Of a stretch of 64,000 bases of DNA, positions 1 through 13,511 are shown piece after piece. The DNA comes from Podarcis tiliguerta (lineage: Eukaryota). The translations under genes and the position numbers were made by a program. The stretch lies in the NCBI GenBank assembly GCA_965153285.1, contig OZ229110.1; one strand, given 5' to 3'. Numbering within the stretch: the first letter of the stretch is position 1; every line of letters starts with the position of its first letter. The notes under the pieces are model-generated. The model saw only the letters and a list, made by a program, of their open reading frames with translations, was not told the DNA's origin and made no database searches.

Positions 1-429
1 TGCAGCTGCCACATCTTCTGATTAACTAGAAGAATCCTAGCGTGGGAGAAGCTGTGCAGTTTCTATGAAAACACCCTTCCTCTCTGTTCCCATTTTAAGC
101 CCCATACAAAGGAATGGCTGTGATCCTAAACACAACAGTGAGTAAGGCCCATTGAGCACAGTAGTAGGAATTGCTTCTGAGAAAACAGATAAGGTTTTTT
201 GTGTACTAAGGTTTCCAGAACCAAGGGTTTTCCAGAAGTCACAGCTTTGGTTGGCTATAGTTCCTTCGCCCTAAATTCATCTTACTCATTCTCTGCTTTT
301 TGCTGTACTACCCAGTGCCACCCCCACTAGAGGAAAATATCCTTTTTTATGGCCTTCCTTGCATATTCCGTAGCCACCAATTATGTTTATTCCCTGAGGA
401 AGCTTTAACCACACAGTATTTGGAGAATG

Positions 430-590
430 ATCTTAGCTCTGTGTTAGAAATGGTATTATGTTCAATCTCCAGGATCCCACGGTAGGACTGGGAAAGCCCC
501 GGTCTCAACCACTGGAGAGTCGCTGCCAGTCAGAGTAGACATTCCTGAGCTAAGTGGGCCAGTGGTCTGACGACTGAAGGCAGCTTTTTA
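430..590 (+). mobile_element. Degenerate squamate tRNA-derived SINE (Squam2-like)
   Basis: Body CTGGAGAGTCGCTGCCAGTCAGAGTAGAC..CTGAGCTA..GGCAGCTT; related copies at about 36868-36960 and 41290-41475. Confidence 0.55.
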
Positions 591-1440
591 TGAACTGTTT
601 CTCTAGAAGGATTGTCCATCAGAGTCAAGGAGCATTAAGGCAAGTTGTTCCTGGGCCAGCACAGGGCATAGCCACATGCCTGTAGCCTTAAGGGATGGAT
701 AGCGATCCATGGCTTTTGACTCAGTAGGGCTTATCCACTCCTGCGGTCAAATACCTACTTGCAACTACAGCAGCACAACTTGCACTGTCTGTGTATTGGC
801 TTTACCATACTGGAGAAACCTGTGTCGGCAGCTCCAGTTGTACCTCCACCTCTTCTGAAATAGTTCTGAGCCCATTATTGTGGGATGGCACCGTTTTGTG
901 GCCAGTTGTCTTTTGCAGCCTCAAGTCTTGGCTTTGTCAGCCTGGGGCCTCAATGGGGAGGTAAAGCAGGAAGCTTATATCTCTCAGCGGTTTGAGGCCT
1001 GACCCTGCAACCTCAGATTTCCAGGCACTAATGAGCAGTTAGTTTTCCAAGGTAATCAGGGATATTAGTTGCCAGAGAGTTAGGTAGAGTGCAGTGAGTT
1101 CCAAGAGCCACTTTTGGCCATGTATTCTGAGTTAACAACAATAGCTCAAGTGATGGGTGGGAAGAGAGGTGACAGAATGTTATCACCATGGCTTTCATTT
1201 ATGGTGGGTGACATCTACTTGGGCACTTGGTTAACTTTCTTCTCTGAGGTCTCTGTGCTGCTGTACATATTAGGTCTGCACCTGCACAGAGCAGCATTAT
1301 GAACCTTCTAGAGATAAGATGCTGGAAAAAACCTTGGCATGGAGGTCTGCCCCAGGGCAAGGGTACTTGGCTATGAAGGCGGGACTCTTCTCTTCCTGCT
1401 CAGTTTCTTTCTGATTGCCACAAGTGAGGGTAATATACAT

Positions 1441-1806
1441 GTAAAGGTAAAGGTAAAGGTACCCCTGCCCGTACGGGCCAGTCTTGACAGACTCTAGGGT
1501 TGTGCGCCCATCTCACTCAAGAGGCCAAGGGCCAACGCTGTCCGAAGACACTTCCGGGTCACGTGGCCAGCGTGACATCGCTGCTCTGGCGAGCCAGAGC
1601 CGCACACGGAAACGCAGTTTACCTTCCCGCTAGTGAGCGGTCCCTATTTATCTACTTGCACCCAGGGGTGCTTTCGAACTGCTAGGTTGGCAGGCGCTGG
1701 GACCGAACAGCAGGAGCACACCCCGCCGCGGGGATTCGAACCGCCGACCTTTCGATCGGCAAGCCCTAGGCACTGAGGCTTTAACCCACAGCGCCACCTG
1801 CGTCCC
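1441..1806 (-). mobile_element. Sauria SINE, full length
   Basis: tRNA-like head GGGACGCAGGTGGCGCTGTGG..GGTTCGAATCC, (ACCTTT)n tail, TSD aatatacatgta (1432-1443/1809-1820). Confidence 0.93.
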
Positions 1807-4541
1807 AGAATATACATGTACAGTACTATATTTTTGGAATATGTGGCACCCAGATAATTAACAGCTGATCGTCACTCCTCAGCTTACTTTCAGGGTAGCA
1901 TTCTTTTCATTCCCATTGTCCTTAGGCTTAGCTTTTCTTGGCTTCAAGCTTTGTTCAGATCGCAGCTGTAAGAAGGATAAATGGAAGGGATGAAAATCAT
2001 ACATCTTCCCTTTCACTATTTCATCCTAGTTATCAAAAATTAGTTTACTTCAGCTTCACCTCTCTAAATTTTCCTCTATTTATTTTTGGGGTCATAGCTT
2101 TAACTATTTTTTACCCCATTGCCAACAACTTAACTATTATTTATTTATTTAAAGGATTTTAGCCATTTAAAACATGTTTAGCCCACTTTTTAGCTGAAAG
2201 GGCTCCAGGGCAGCTCACAAGAATCACTAGTAAGAAAGTCTCTGTCCTCAGACTTACAATCTAAAGGCATAACACATAAGGAAAAAAGGGCTGGGATGGG
2301 AAGAGCAAAAAAGAAATTTCAAGCACCAACACCTAAATTTACAGTTCAGGTGGTCTGATGGAATGACTACAAGTCGGTGGCAATGAAGGAAGGCCAAAGG
2401 CAGCTGATGTTTCAGCAGAGGCCATATGATATTTGGGCTTCCCTTCTTTCCCTCTACTGGTCACTCATATTATTATGTTAGCTTTTTGGTTCTCTGGATG
2501 ACAATATTTCAAGTTAGGGAATGCATAATTGTTTTCCATCTCAGTGCAATCTGTATCTGATGAAGGTTCCTTCCTACAAAGGTTTATGTCACACTAAATT
2601 TAGTTATCTTTTATGAGAATGTCTGTATTAACCTTTGCTGGATCTTTTTGCTGCTCATAAACTTTCCACTAAGATTTTAGTTTGCTTCATTTAGTCATCA
2701 CATTTTTTTATCTCCCAGACTATGGTTTGGAGGACTGGGAATGAACCTTGTGCTCCCTTCTCTTCTTCTCACATGCATGTCTTCATGGAATACTTTCTGG
2801 TTTGGCTAGTCAGCTTGCTGGTTCAGACACAACAGCAAAATTTTGAGCATGATTTCCAAACTAGGAGTGCAAAATCTGGCTTGATCAAGCCTAGGAGTAT
2901 TCCATTAAGCCAAGCGCTAAGGGCAGGAGAGACCTCATGAGTCCAGAGATTGTTCCTGCCCCTCCAAACCAAACAGTGATTGAATACAGTCATTGAGTTG
3001 CTTACAAAGAGTGTTCTTTTTATTGCCAGTGGTTGACATAGTGCTTGAGTGTATGGGTCCCCCCCCCCCCTTTAGTTTCCACTTTTGCTTCAAAACTGAA
3101 TCTCCCACCCCTATTAACTTCCACTCCAAACGAAATTAAATTGTATCAGTTGGTTCTGGCTATAGTGTGCATACCTGTAACATTGCTGAGTAAATTTGAT
3201 TAGGAATGGGCTGTTGGTTTGTCAGATTATGCTGATACTGCAGCAACTGCCATACATTTTTCTGCTGCTCTGTTTGCAAATAGATACTTGAAGGAAAGTG
3301 TGTGTGTGTGAGAGAGAGGGGGGGGGTGTGCGGTGGGAGTGGGGGAGGCACTTTCCATGGTTATATGAATGAGGTATCAAATTATAGCACAGAACACACA
3401 GATTTCCAAAAGAAACTACCAGTTTGCTCCCCAAACCTGATACACACAAGAAAAGGGAGAAGGGAGATTAATGCATGTTATAGCGATTGAATCCACTCTA
3501 TCTACTGTTAGATTCTTGGCGTCGTTTTATTAAAGCGAGCCTCCTCCGGCCATCAGTTGTGTTGCTGTTACAAAATATTTCATAAATATATAAGTTTCTC
3601 AGGTTTTCTTTTTTAAAAGAAACCTTTCATCGCACAAACCAAAGGACAGATTGAGTTGTTGATGTGAAGGGTTGCAGAAAAGAGAAGAGGGAGTTAGGCA
3701 GTTATTTGCAGAAAGTGAACCTTGCAACATTTTGCCGCTCCTCAACATCTGAATTAATTTAGAGCTTGTTCATATTGCTTCTGTTTAAGTCATATACTAT
3801 ATTATATGCTATATAAATATGTATACTATATTATATATTTCTACTATATAATTATACCGAATATGTGCTTAGTAATATGAATTAACTGCCACAAGTACAA
3901 ATTGCCAGTTTGTGTGACATTGGCACTATAAATTTCTACACCGCCCTTCACCCAAAGATTGCAGAGGCCAACCTTGCATTCAGAGAGGTGTATCATTCCC
4001 ATGTTAACAATAACTCCTTTGTTTCTGGGTCATGTGACCTCAGGTACTTTAATCAGTAGGAGCTTTTTGTGTTTAAAAGGTCTCAGATTCGGCTTCACCG
4101 ATGCCAACTTCACTATCTTCCTTGAACAAAAGCTGCTGGAGCTTGCTTTGGTTATTTATATGCTGCTCTCTAGGGAATACCCTCAGCTGCTTTCACTATA
4201 ATGCTCCCTACTCTAATTTCATAACCTCAGCCTTAAGTTGCTGCACTTGGTTCTCAAAGCTCTGATGTTTGCACCTGGCCAATGTATATCTTATTTGATC
4301 TTGGTGCAAACAGCTGTATGGTGCACTTTATACTGAATGCAGTAAACTAGGTTTCTAACCGAAATATCTCCCCCATTTCTGTTGCTAGCTATGTGGCAAG
4401 CAGATTTCTAGAAAGACAAGTGTAGAATTTGACACCAAGCATTTTCATGGCAGAAGCCAATCTGTTTAGCTTAAAACACCTGGTGTTGCTTTATCATCAT
4501 CATCTTCATTTGTTCTCCAGTACATCCATTCAGGGACAATA

Positions 4542-4770
4542 CAGTGGTACCTCTGGTTGCGAACGGGATCTGTTCCGGAGGCCCGTTCGCAACATGAAAA
4601 GAGCGCAATCTGAAGCGCTGTATCTGTGCAGGTGCACGGCGCGATTTAGCACTTGTGCGTATGCACGAGTGGCGAAACCCGGAAGTAACCCTTTCTGGTA
4701 CTTCCAGGTCGCCGCGGGACATAACCTGAAAGAACATAACATGAAGCAAATGTAACATAAGGAATGACTG
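4542..4770. mobile_element. Tc1/mariner-type MITE
   Basis: TA|CAGTGGTACCTC left end; degenerate right TIR. Confidence 0.75.
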
Positions 4771-7700
4771 TGTATCACTCTGTTATATAGGAACAGTGAA
4801 GTTGTGGTCTTGGACACATATATTCAGTCTGTTGAGATCTTGTAATCTTATGCCATTAGTTCACTTTTGTTTCGCCTTGTTTTCCATTAGAACATCAGAG
4901 AGGGATATGAAGTAAAGAGTTAAATCACCTTCTCTGCCTATAAAATAACATAAGAAGAGCCTGCTGGATCAGGCTAAAGGCCCATTCTGTCTAGTCCAGC
5001 CTCCTGTTCTCGGTGGTCAGTGGGAAACCAGCAAGCAGAACCCCAGGACAGGAGCATTCTCCCCTTGTGTGGCTTCTGGTATTCAGAAGCATCATTGCCT
5101 CCAAGTGTGGAGGCATGTGCATCTGAGATGTTTTGTCCATTTTAAAGATGGAGACTGAGAGTGAAACTCTTTCAGCTGATCTAGTATTTGAATCAATATC
5201 TTGATTTATGCAGAAGTTAGGATCGGAGTTGTCCTTGCAACTCATTTTTGCTGTTCTGAACAACTGTAAGAGGTTGTGTGTGGAAAAAGATGCCTGTGTA
5301 ACCCTGAAGAATGAAAGCAGGAACTATGTGCTACTATGTGCATAGAAGTGTCAGCTATCGGTGCATTACTAAGCGATCCTGTCTTGTCTCCTCTACTCGC
5401 ACCTGTGTCTTTGTTGACATACTTACTAACTTCTGGGTTTTATCTACTACTGGTGGCAAACCTGTACCTTCATGGCCCTTGTACTAGGTTGTTTCCTGTT
5501 GGAAGTGAGACCCGGAGTGCAGGGAAAGTGTTGCCTGATGCTCCTCTTGCCGTTCAGTTTCTCGCTATCACCTGCTTGGATGGGCTTGGAGGCTGCCAAA
5601 CATGCTGAAGTGGTTAAGTTTCCCACAGGCTCCTCGGGAAGCTGTGGGGGAAGAGTGGCTCCTGCCTGATGTGTTTTCAAAGTGAGCCGAGTCTTTGAAG
5701 TTTCGTTTTAGCAGCTGCCAGGTATTTTTGCCTCAGCCCTGTGCAGTGTTTCTGAACCCAGCCTTCATATGCTGCATTCTTTGCTGCACATGCCAATGTT
5801 TGCAGATGGGGGAAGGGAGGAAAATAATTAGCCAAGGGGGTAAAAGGCTTTAACCTAGTTCTACTTCGTTTAAAATTCTTTTGGCACAAGCCCTCTCTTG
5901 CTCTTCTGCTGCTTCTCATGTGACTCACTCGAAATCTTTTTGTAGGTGTTTACTAATATTTACTGGGATTTTTTAAAAAAGCTTCCCTGGTTCTGCAGTT
6001 CAGATTTGTTCGTGCAGTGTTCTGATACTTTTGTCTCTCTAAAACATGAAGAATGTCGCAGATACATTCCTTGAAGGTTTAGAGGATCAATCTTGCTTTA
6101 AAGAAGAGAAATAACCTTAGCTGACGGAGAATGGCTTCTTGGAAAGTTAGAGAGGATCTGGCTGCCAGAGATTATTTCTGGGAAAGACTGATGTCTTGGG
6201 ACAGCCTTTTCCAATCTAGCGTCCTCTAGATATTTTAGGCTGCAACTTGCTTCCCTTCCAGCCATCATGGCCAGTAGTCATGGATTCTAGGAGTTGTAGT
6301 TCAAAACATCTGGAGGAGCACCAAGTTGAAGAAGGCTGCCTTAGGCCTTGGTGTATTTGGGGGCTATGTGAAACCAACTTACACTCCTGTCTCTTCACTA
6401 TTGGGCTTTGTAATTTCCATCTCCCTCATGCTTTTCATCTTCACTTTTCTCTATAGAACAAAGTATGTTACTGTGGATCTTCAGTTTTAAGCCAGGACTG
6501 TGTAACAAAGGCAGTGATGTAAGTTGTCACTGTGGAAATCTGAGGCATGCAGTTACTTCTTTCTGTGAAAATTCTGGTGGTGTGAAAGTAGGTACTACCT
6601 ACCTGTGCTGTTTAATTGAGTAGTATTACTAACTAGTGACTGGAGAATCCAAGAATTAATTCCTTTCTGTGCTACAGTGTTATTGTGAAGTTTGTGGGCC
6701 AATATATCACTAGAAATGTACTTTAGATTTACTCTTTTGTACAATTGGATGAATAAACACCTCTTTCAGCACTCTAGCACTCCAGAAAGAGCTGTTATTG
6801 ATGCATTAGACTAGCTTTCTCCAACCTAGTGCCCTCTATATGTTGTGGGATTCCAGCTCCCATCAGCCCAGACAGCCTATGGTCAGGCATGATGGAAGTT
6901 TTAGTCCAACAATATCTGAAGGGCCCACATAGGATATCCCTGCTCTACTGTGTCCCAACCAGAGGGCCGCTTAGGTTTTGCTTTGCCTACTTAATGTGGT
7001 CTCAAATTTAACTCAATCATTTTCTGGCTAAAGTAAAATTGCATATAGTACACATGGCAGCCGTAAGAGTAATTCTTCCATCTGTGGAACAGTTTTTCAT
7101 GTGTTTTGATTGAGTTTATGTAATATACCAATAGATGAATTGTGCTCATGCTCTCCAGATAATCTGCTTTCCCTGTGCTTTGCATTTGTTGGAATACTTT
7201 GAATTTGGAATTGTGGCATGCATTATCTACAGAGGCACCTCTTCCTCTTCCCAAAATAATGGAATAGCAGCAGTTCTCTCATTCATGCTAATCTCATCAC
7301 ATGTATTCTTTATCATTAAAATGTTCCAGCAGGCTGGGCCCATGTGCAGGTGCATGTGCAGGCATCCAGAAGCCAGGACTGCTTCCTGTTCAGTGCACCT
7401 AACCATTTGGCTTTGGCTAATTGAAAGAGAGGCTGCTGTGTGCTCTCTGATTCAGCTAATCCAAATCACACAAAGGGGATAAGCATTGCTGCCATTACTA
7501 CCTCTTCTCCTCTGACCTGATGTGTTGTGATGGGATGGAGGCACTGAACCTCTTAACCAGATGACCCCTCACTTTCCTTTTGACTTAGTTCCCATATGTT
7601 TTCCCATTTGTTTTCAAAGCTTGATATTCTATGAAAGGAAAAGAGGGAGGAGAGGGGGGAAATGAGACACTCAGCTGCCAAATATTTCCCAGCTCATAGA

Positions 7701-8369
7701 GGCCAGTGTTACAGTACTCTTGGCACAGGTCCACAGATGCTACTTTGGGCTAAGTGAAAGCCCACTCTGCCAAAAGCTAGATATTTAATAACTGGCAAAT
7801 TCTAGTTGTTCTGAACATGATAGTGTGGGTAATGTCAATTGAATCCAGAAATAGTTTAATCTGAATGTCTTTAGAGTTTACTTATACAGCCCTTCCAGTG
7901 TTTCACCTCTTCTACTGTTTCAGCCCATCTTTGCCAGCTAATGTTTTGGCAGACCTACATCATGCGTGGCCACATTCCTCCTCTAGACCGCCATGCTTGG
8001 CTTTGGTCAATTGCTTCAGGCTAAATTTCCAAAAGTGTAGCCTGCGCTGTGAGGATGTCCTGCCTGAACTCTGGCAGCATTCTGATAACCTGTCAGGTGG
8101 CACTCTCCCCTTGGATCGTGAGGCAGGGCCAAGCTTCTGTCAGCAACTTCTCTAAGAGGAAGGGTGCCCTGAAGCAGCCATGCCTGTTGGCAATAGCTCA
8201 TCTTGGTTCTGCACGCCATGGGCTTGGTTGGGTTCATCTTTTTCTTACAGTGATTTCCTCTCTTTTTTCTCCCTTTACTCACGTATCCACAATCCACAGA
8301 AGAAAGACCTTCAGGTTTGGGAGGGAAAGAAACTTGTAGGTCACTGCCACTCCATCTTTCGCCCTTCCC

Positions 8370-9600
8370 CAAACATGGGGAGTGGAGCCGTGGTATTTCT
8401 TTGCACAGGCAATACCAGGCAAAGCACTGACTCTTCATGGTTGTGATTCAACACCTGGAAATTCAAGCCATTGTAGCAGTGCCTCATTCCAACAAGTGCT
8501 CCAGAGTATACTTAATAGAGGGATATTCTTTTCTTTTCTTTCTTCTTCTTCTAAATAAAATGAAATAAGCCATCCTGGACCTGAAGTGAGTGAACTAGTC
8601 ACTTGGCTAGCAGTGCTTCAGGATGGAAATGCTGAAATCCTTTTTGGCTTCTATAAACAGGAATTTGTAGCATTCATTTATTTGTACAAGGCATATTTCC
8701 ACATTCCTTTCAGAGATTGGAATAACTTTTGCCATTTTTACTGCATTGTATTATGTTTTTGCCTAACTTTGGCTCCATGGCTGTTTCCCAAGGTCCTGGT
8801 GCACACTTTAGGATGCAGGGCACATGTCTATAGATGCAGGGCATCTATATCCAGTTGGCTAAAGGAAAAGAGCTTGACCAACACCCAGGCCGTACTTTCA
8901 TGCCTTAGACCCTTGACTGTGTTGTGAACTGGACAAAGAACTCACTGATTCCCAGGCAATGCCTGGAGCACTTGGGGCTTATCCTGGACATTGCACAGTA
9001 CAGAATGTTCCTTGCTGATAAACAAAACCACAAGATTTTTCAGTTGTCAATGACAAGACAGCAAAGCATTACTATTATGACCTTGGCTCAAATATTAGAC
9101 ATGATGGTCATGTCTCTCCTCCAGATCTCTGCAAGAGCTTCTTTTACCACTCCCAGTGTACATAATAACATATAAGAATATAAATATGAGATAGCTTCCC
9201 TCACACATCTGGAGGGTGATGATCACAGACCATATCTACCTAACACTGGACTTGTGGTTGAACTCCCATAAGCAGTCATGTAGAATGAGTCAGAATTAGA
9301 GAGCCCATAGTAACAATGGTCCAACGGGAAGCCCACCTAAGGGAGCATGTGGCTCAACAGACTTGATCTCAGTTGGAGTTCTGCCCAAACATAAAATGGT
9401 TAGAGCTGCTTGGTGGCCCTACAAGCATTCAGGAAGAAGGGGTGTGTGGTTCTGTTAGTGCTTTCTGTCAATCTGGTGGGTTCTACTAGATGGCTGACTG
9501 GTTCAGTAAGACATATTTGGTATGCCAGTTAGTCTGACTGTTTCTGGACCTTTTTGCCTTCACAGAGATTCCGTACTCAATTTATAGAGACCATTCATGT
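8370..9600 (+). mobile_element. Decayed DIRS-like retrotransposon, RT/RNase H region
   Basis: Broken frames give AILDLK*VN..FRMEMLKS, KAYFHIP, LCFCLTLAPWLFPKVL, NWTKNSLIPRQCLEHLGLILD and FLDLFA, in the order of DIRS pol motifs; many stops and frameshifts. Confidence 0.8.
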
Positions 9601-10259
9601 CCAGTACTAAATTGTCCAGAAGCTCCTGGAGGTAGGACTTTCTAAAGCCGGAATTCACTGGAACCAAGTTCCTGCATGGTGCTTGGGGCTGCACAATGGA
9701 GGTGATGCTCCCCCTCTTTTTCTAGAAAAAAAGCCCTGTCTGGAGGGTATTGAACAGGATGGCATATCCTATCGCAGCCCATAAGCACAGTTAAATAACT
9801 TCCTTCCTTCCAAAGGAGAAACCACACATCAGTCCCCAGACTAGCATAATGAGTCTGTAGGTCACGATTATTTTGTCGTCTTAAGATCCTAACCTGATCT
9901 AGCTTTCTCTTCACATTATTTTTTTGTTTCACCTCTTCCTGTCCTTCCCTCTCTCCTCTGGCACATCCTAGGAAGGGAACGAAGACTTTTCCCATGAAGA
10001 TAGAGAAACACTCTTTTCCTATTGTTTTTGGGTCTGGTCACCACAGTTGGTGGCATGTGAAGAACCAGGCCCTTAGTAATGCTACTGCAGTGTGGCAAAT
10101 GTACCGTTTGGCAAAACACAGTCATGGAGGCCATAAGCTGCACCACCAATGCTATAGAGGCCAGGCCATTGGAAGTCATTGCTATCTCACCTGACACATT
10201 GGGCAGTACCACTATGGGGAATTTTGACTTCTTATCATAGGCAAACACGCCCATTCAGT

Positions 10260-10750
10260 AAATGAACTGATGATAGCAAACAGGAGAAAGTGGAAGCAAG
10301 CTCTTTGGTGAGGAAGGCTACTAAGACTCCCTACATAATGGGCTAATCTTGTCAAGGCATGAGCCCTTTAAAAATGGGTGGTTTGATTTTTCTTTTTAAA
10401 TTGCTTTATCTGTGGCATTCTTGGCAGATTCTTGCTTTGATGCCATTGAGTTTGATGCCAGAAGCCTAGTGGTTAACAGGTTGTCCAGAAGGAACAACTG
10501 GCTGAGGAATTATGACGTTGACCTGGGTGGAGTGTCAGACATGTCATTCTCAGGGCCAAATCCCCTAATTTTGAGAACCACCGGAGGCGGTTTTGGTTGA
10601 GACCAAATATAAAAGAGAGCTGTTCCAACAGCAAAGGAAGATACTAAGAAGCTTAGGTTGTAGTATTCTTTTCACATCTCAGATACCATGTTTAGATCTC
10701 CCCTCAACAACTTTAAAAAAGCTTTTTGAAATATTCTAACTACAAGCTTG
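10260..10750 (+). mobile_element. Decayed DIRS-like gag/ORF1 fragment
   Basis: RKVEA..., AFLADSCFDAIEFDARSLVVNRLSRRNNWLRNY, EAVLVETK resemble the vertebrate DIRS ORF1 C-terminal region. Confidence 0.6.
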
Positions 10751-11859
10751 CAGCCTAGATGGAACCATGGCTTTTAAATCTTTTTAAATTCTATTTTAGC
10801 TATATTGATAATTGTCCTGAAAACATAAATTTGTGCTGAAAGTCAGGGTTCTGAATTACATATATTCAAAGGATTTAGAATGCCCCTCTGCTTCTGTTGC
10901 TTACTCTTCATAGGAAAAAGTTCCTCTTTTTCTGCTTTCCAGCTGCATTGTAGCTTTTTGCCATTTGTAGATAGTAGGAGTGTAGTATCTGGACAGCTCA
11001 CAGCTCTGGTGAGAATATCTAGGGCATTCATTCTAGGCCACTAAGGAAAGCTACAAATAATTTGTGGGCATATAGCTATGTGCGTATAAGAACAATGCAG
11101 GCTTATATGTTTGTTTTCAGCACTTTCACAGATGCAGGATAGTGATTCACATGAGATGCAGGCCAGAGTCTCTGGCCATGCTGGATGTTGCTTTTGCTTG
11201 CATATCCAAGAGTAACTTTGACTCTTAAGTTACAACACAGAGTCATAAGTAGATAAGACTTAAGCGGGGCTCTGTGAAAACTTCTACAAGGGCCTTGGGG
11301 GTTATGGAGTGAAGTTTAGGCGCAACGAAGTTTAGGTGAAAAATAAGGGTGAATGAATTGGATAACAGGATATATTGCCTGCAGCAGGAGTGACTTTGGG
11401 AGTAGACTAGGTCTTCTATAGCAAGTTGGGACTGAAAAGAGCCAGTCAGGACATGCAGTAGGGATTTGACTATCAATCTAGGTCACTAGACTTAAAGGGA
11501 GAAAATACTGCTGTGTTAAACCTGAGGCATCAGAATCTGGCTAGGTTCAAAATAGAGTAGAATAACAAATGTTCACTGTTAGCACCACAAAAGCCCAATG
11601 CCCCCACCCCCAAGCTGCTAGGTATCTTGACTCTTCCAGCCCCTAGGCTTATTTTGCCAGACAAGCCTGAAAGGGATTGGCATGTGCCTATATGTACACA
11701 CCAGCAGTGTTGTAAAGCCTCAATTTGCATTCCATGACTTGGGGTTTAGAGGATAATCAAGGTCACTAGTATAGAGCAAGTTGATGATCCAAGCCTCAGA
11801 GGTTAATGGCTAGGTATAACAGTGCTGCTGCTTCTCTTTGGCGATCACTCGTAGCCAAG

Positions 11860-12350
11860 TAAGATTGTATTCCATGAACATGGTCTTAACAGTGAGTCTG
11901 TAAGTGACTGTGGAAGCCAATTCTGGATCCACACGTCCTTCCACAGTGGGGACATAGGTTTCCGGGTGGGAGTTGATCATTATGAGGGTTTGCCAAATAT
12001 GCACGTTTCTCTCTTTCATCCTGAGTTCAAGCGTCTTCAAAGCCCATGACACCTTTGGTAAATGCTGTTCTCCAATTGGAGCGCTCACAGGCCATTGTTT
12101 CCAATTGTTGTTTATCCTACATTTTTAAAGATTTGCCTTGAGAGCATCTTTAAACGTCTTTTGTTGACCACCAGCATTACACTTTCCATATTTAAGTTCG
12201 GAATAGAGTAGTTGCTTTGGAAGACGATAATCAGGCATCCGAACAACATAACCAGTCCAACAAACTTTATGTTGAATCTTTGCTTCGACACTGGTGATCT
12301 TTGCTTCTTTTAGTACACTGGCATTATTTCACCTGTCTTCCCAAGTGATA
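11860..12350 (-). mobile_element. RTE-clade LINE 3' fragment
   Basis: Minus strand reads WTGYVVRMPDYRLPKQLLYSELKYGKCNAGGQQKTFKDALKANL, typical RTE ORF C-terminus. Confidence 0.85.
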
Positions 12351-13122
12351 TGTAGAATTTTTCAGAGATACCATTGATGGAATCTTTCGAGGAGTTGGAG
12401 ATGGCATTTATAAGTGGTCCATGTTTCACAAGCATACAGTAAGGTTGGTAGTACAATAGCTTTGCAAACACGCATTTTGATGTCCTGGTCCTCAAACACT
12501 GCACTTCAATCGGGAGAAAGCTGCACATAGCCTTAATGTAGTAATAGTTCTAAATGTATGTTTCTGTGGATGAAAACAAAAGATTCTGTCACAAAAGACA
12601 CAATCTAAAGAACATACCATTGAGGAAGCATGTAGAGCTGACAGACTAAGCATGGAGGAGCTTCATGGTTTTTTTTTTTTTAGTTAAACCAAGTTCCAGG
12701 AGCCATTGAGACATGTGATGTGCTTTTTAGGGGCTTCATATTCCAGGCCCTGTCAATCTACCACCTGTTCTCCACAAAACAAGTGTGCCTGGCCTAGAAG
12801 AGTGCAGTACTGCAGCCAGGCCCACAAACTCAAACTTCAAAGCAAACAGGCAGGCTTCTATTGGCATGTATCACATTGCAATTCACAGCTGAGCTCCCTC
12901 TGTTGTTGGCAGGGTTGTAACAATGCTTTTGTCCTTTGAAAAGGTGTCTGCTTATTTGAAGACCTTACTTTTTGGTCAGCTATTATACTAGTGTGATGAA
13001 CAAGACAAAGCCAACTTCAAGCATCATGAGCCAGTTCCATGGCCTTGCCTTTACCAAGCTTCCTCGGCCGCCTCCTGTGCATTTTTCTGTCTCCTAATAC
13101 ACAGGAAATCCTCATGTATTTA

Positions 13123-13511
13123 CCGTATTTTTCGCTCTATAGGACGCACTGGACGATAAGACACAACTAGTCGGGGGGGGGGGGGGAGGAAACAAGAAGA
13201 AAAAAATTCTGAACCCCAGAAGCCAGAACAGCAAGAGGGATCTGGCTTCTGGGATAGCCTCTTGCTGTTCTGGCTTTGGGGACAGCCTTTGAAGCCTCCG
13301 CAGGGCAGCGGGGTGAAGGCCCAGCGGGGTGGAGGCTTTGTGCAGCCATCCCCAAGCTAGAACAGCGAGACAGAGCACTGCGCAGCGCTCCGTCTCGCTG
13401 TTCTGGCTTTGGGCTTAGCCGTGCAGCCTGCATTTGCTCCATAAGATGCACACACATTTCCCCTTACTTTTTAGAAGGGAAAAAGTGCGTCTTATAGAGC
13501 GAAAAATACAG
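13123..13511. mobile_element. Tc1/pogo-type MITE with internal palindromes
   Basis: 28-bp TIR CCGTATTTTTCGCTCTATAGGACGCACT (2 mismatches), TA TSD; internal CAGAACAGC..GCTGTTCTG hairpins. Confidence 0.88.
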
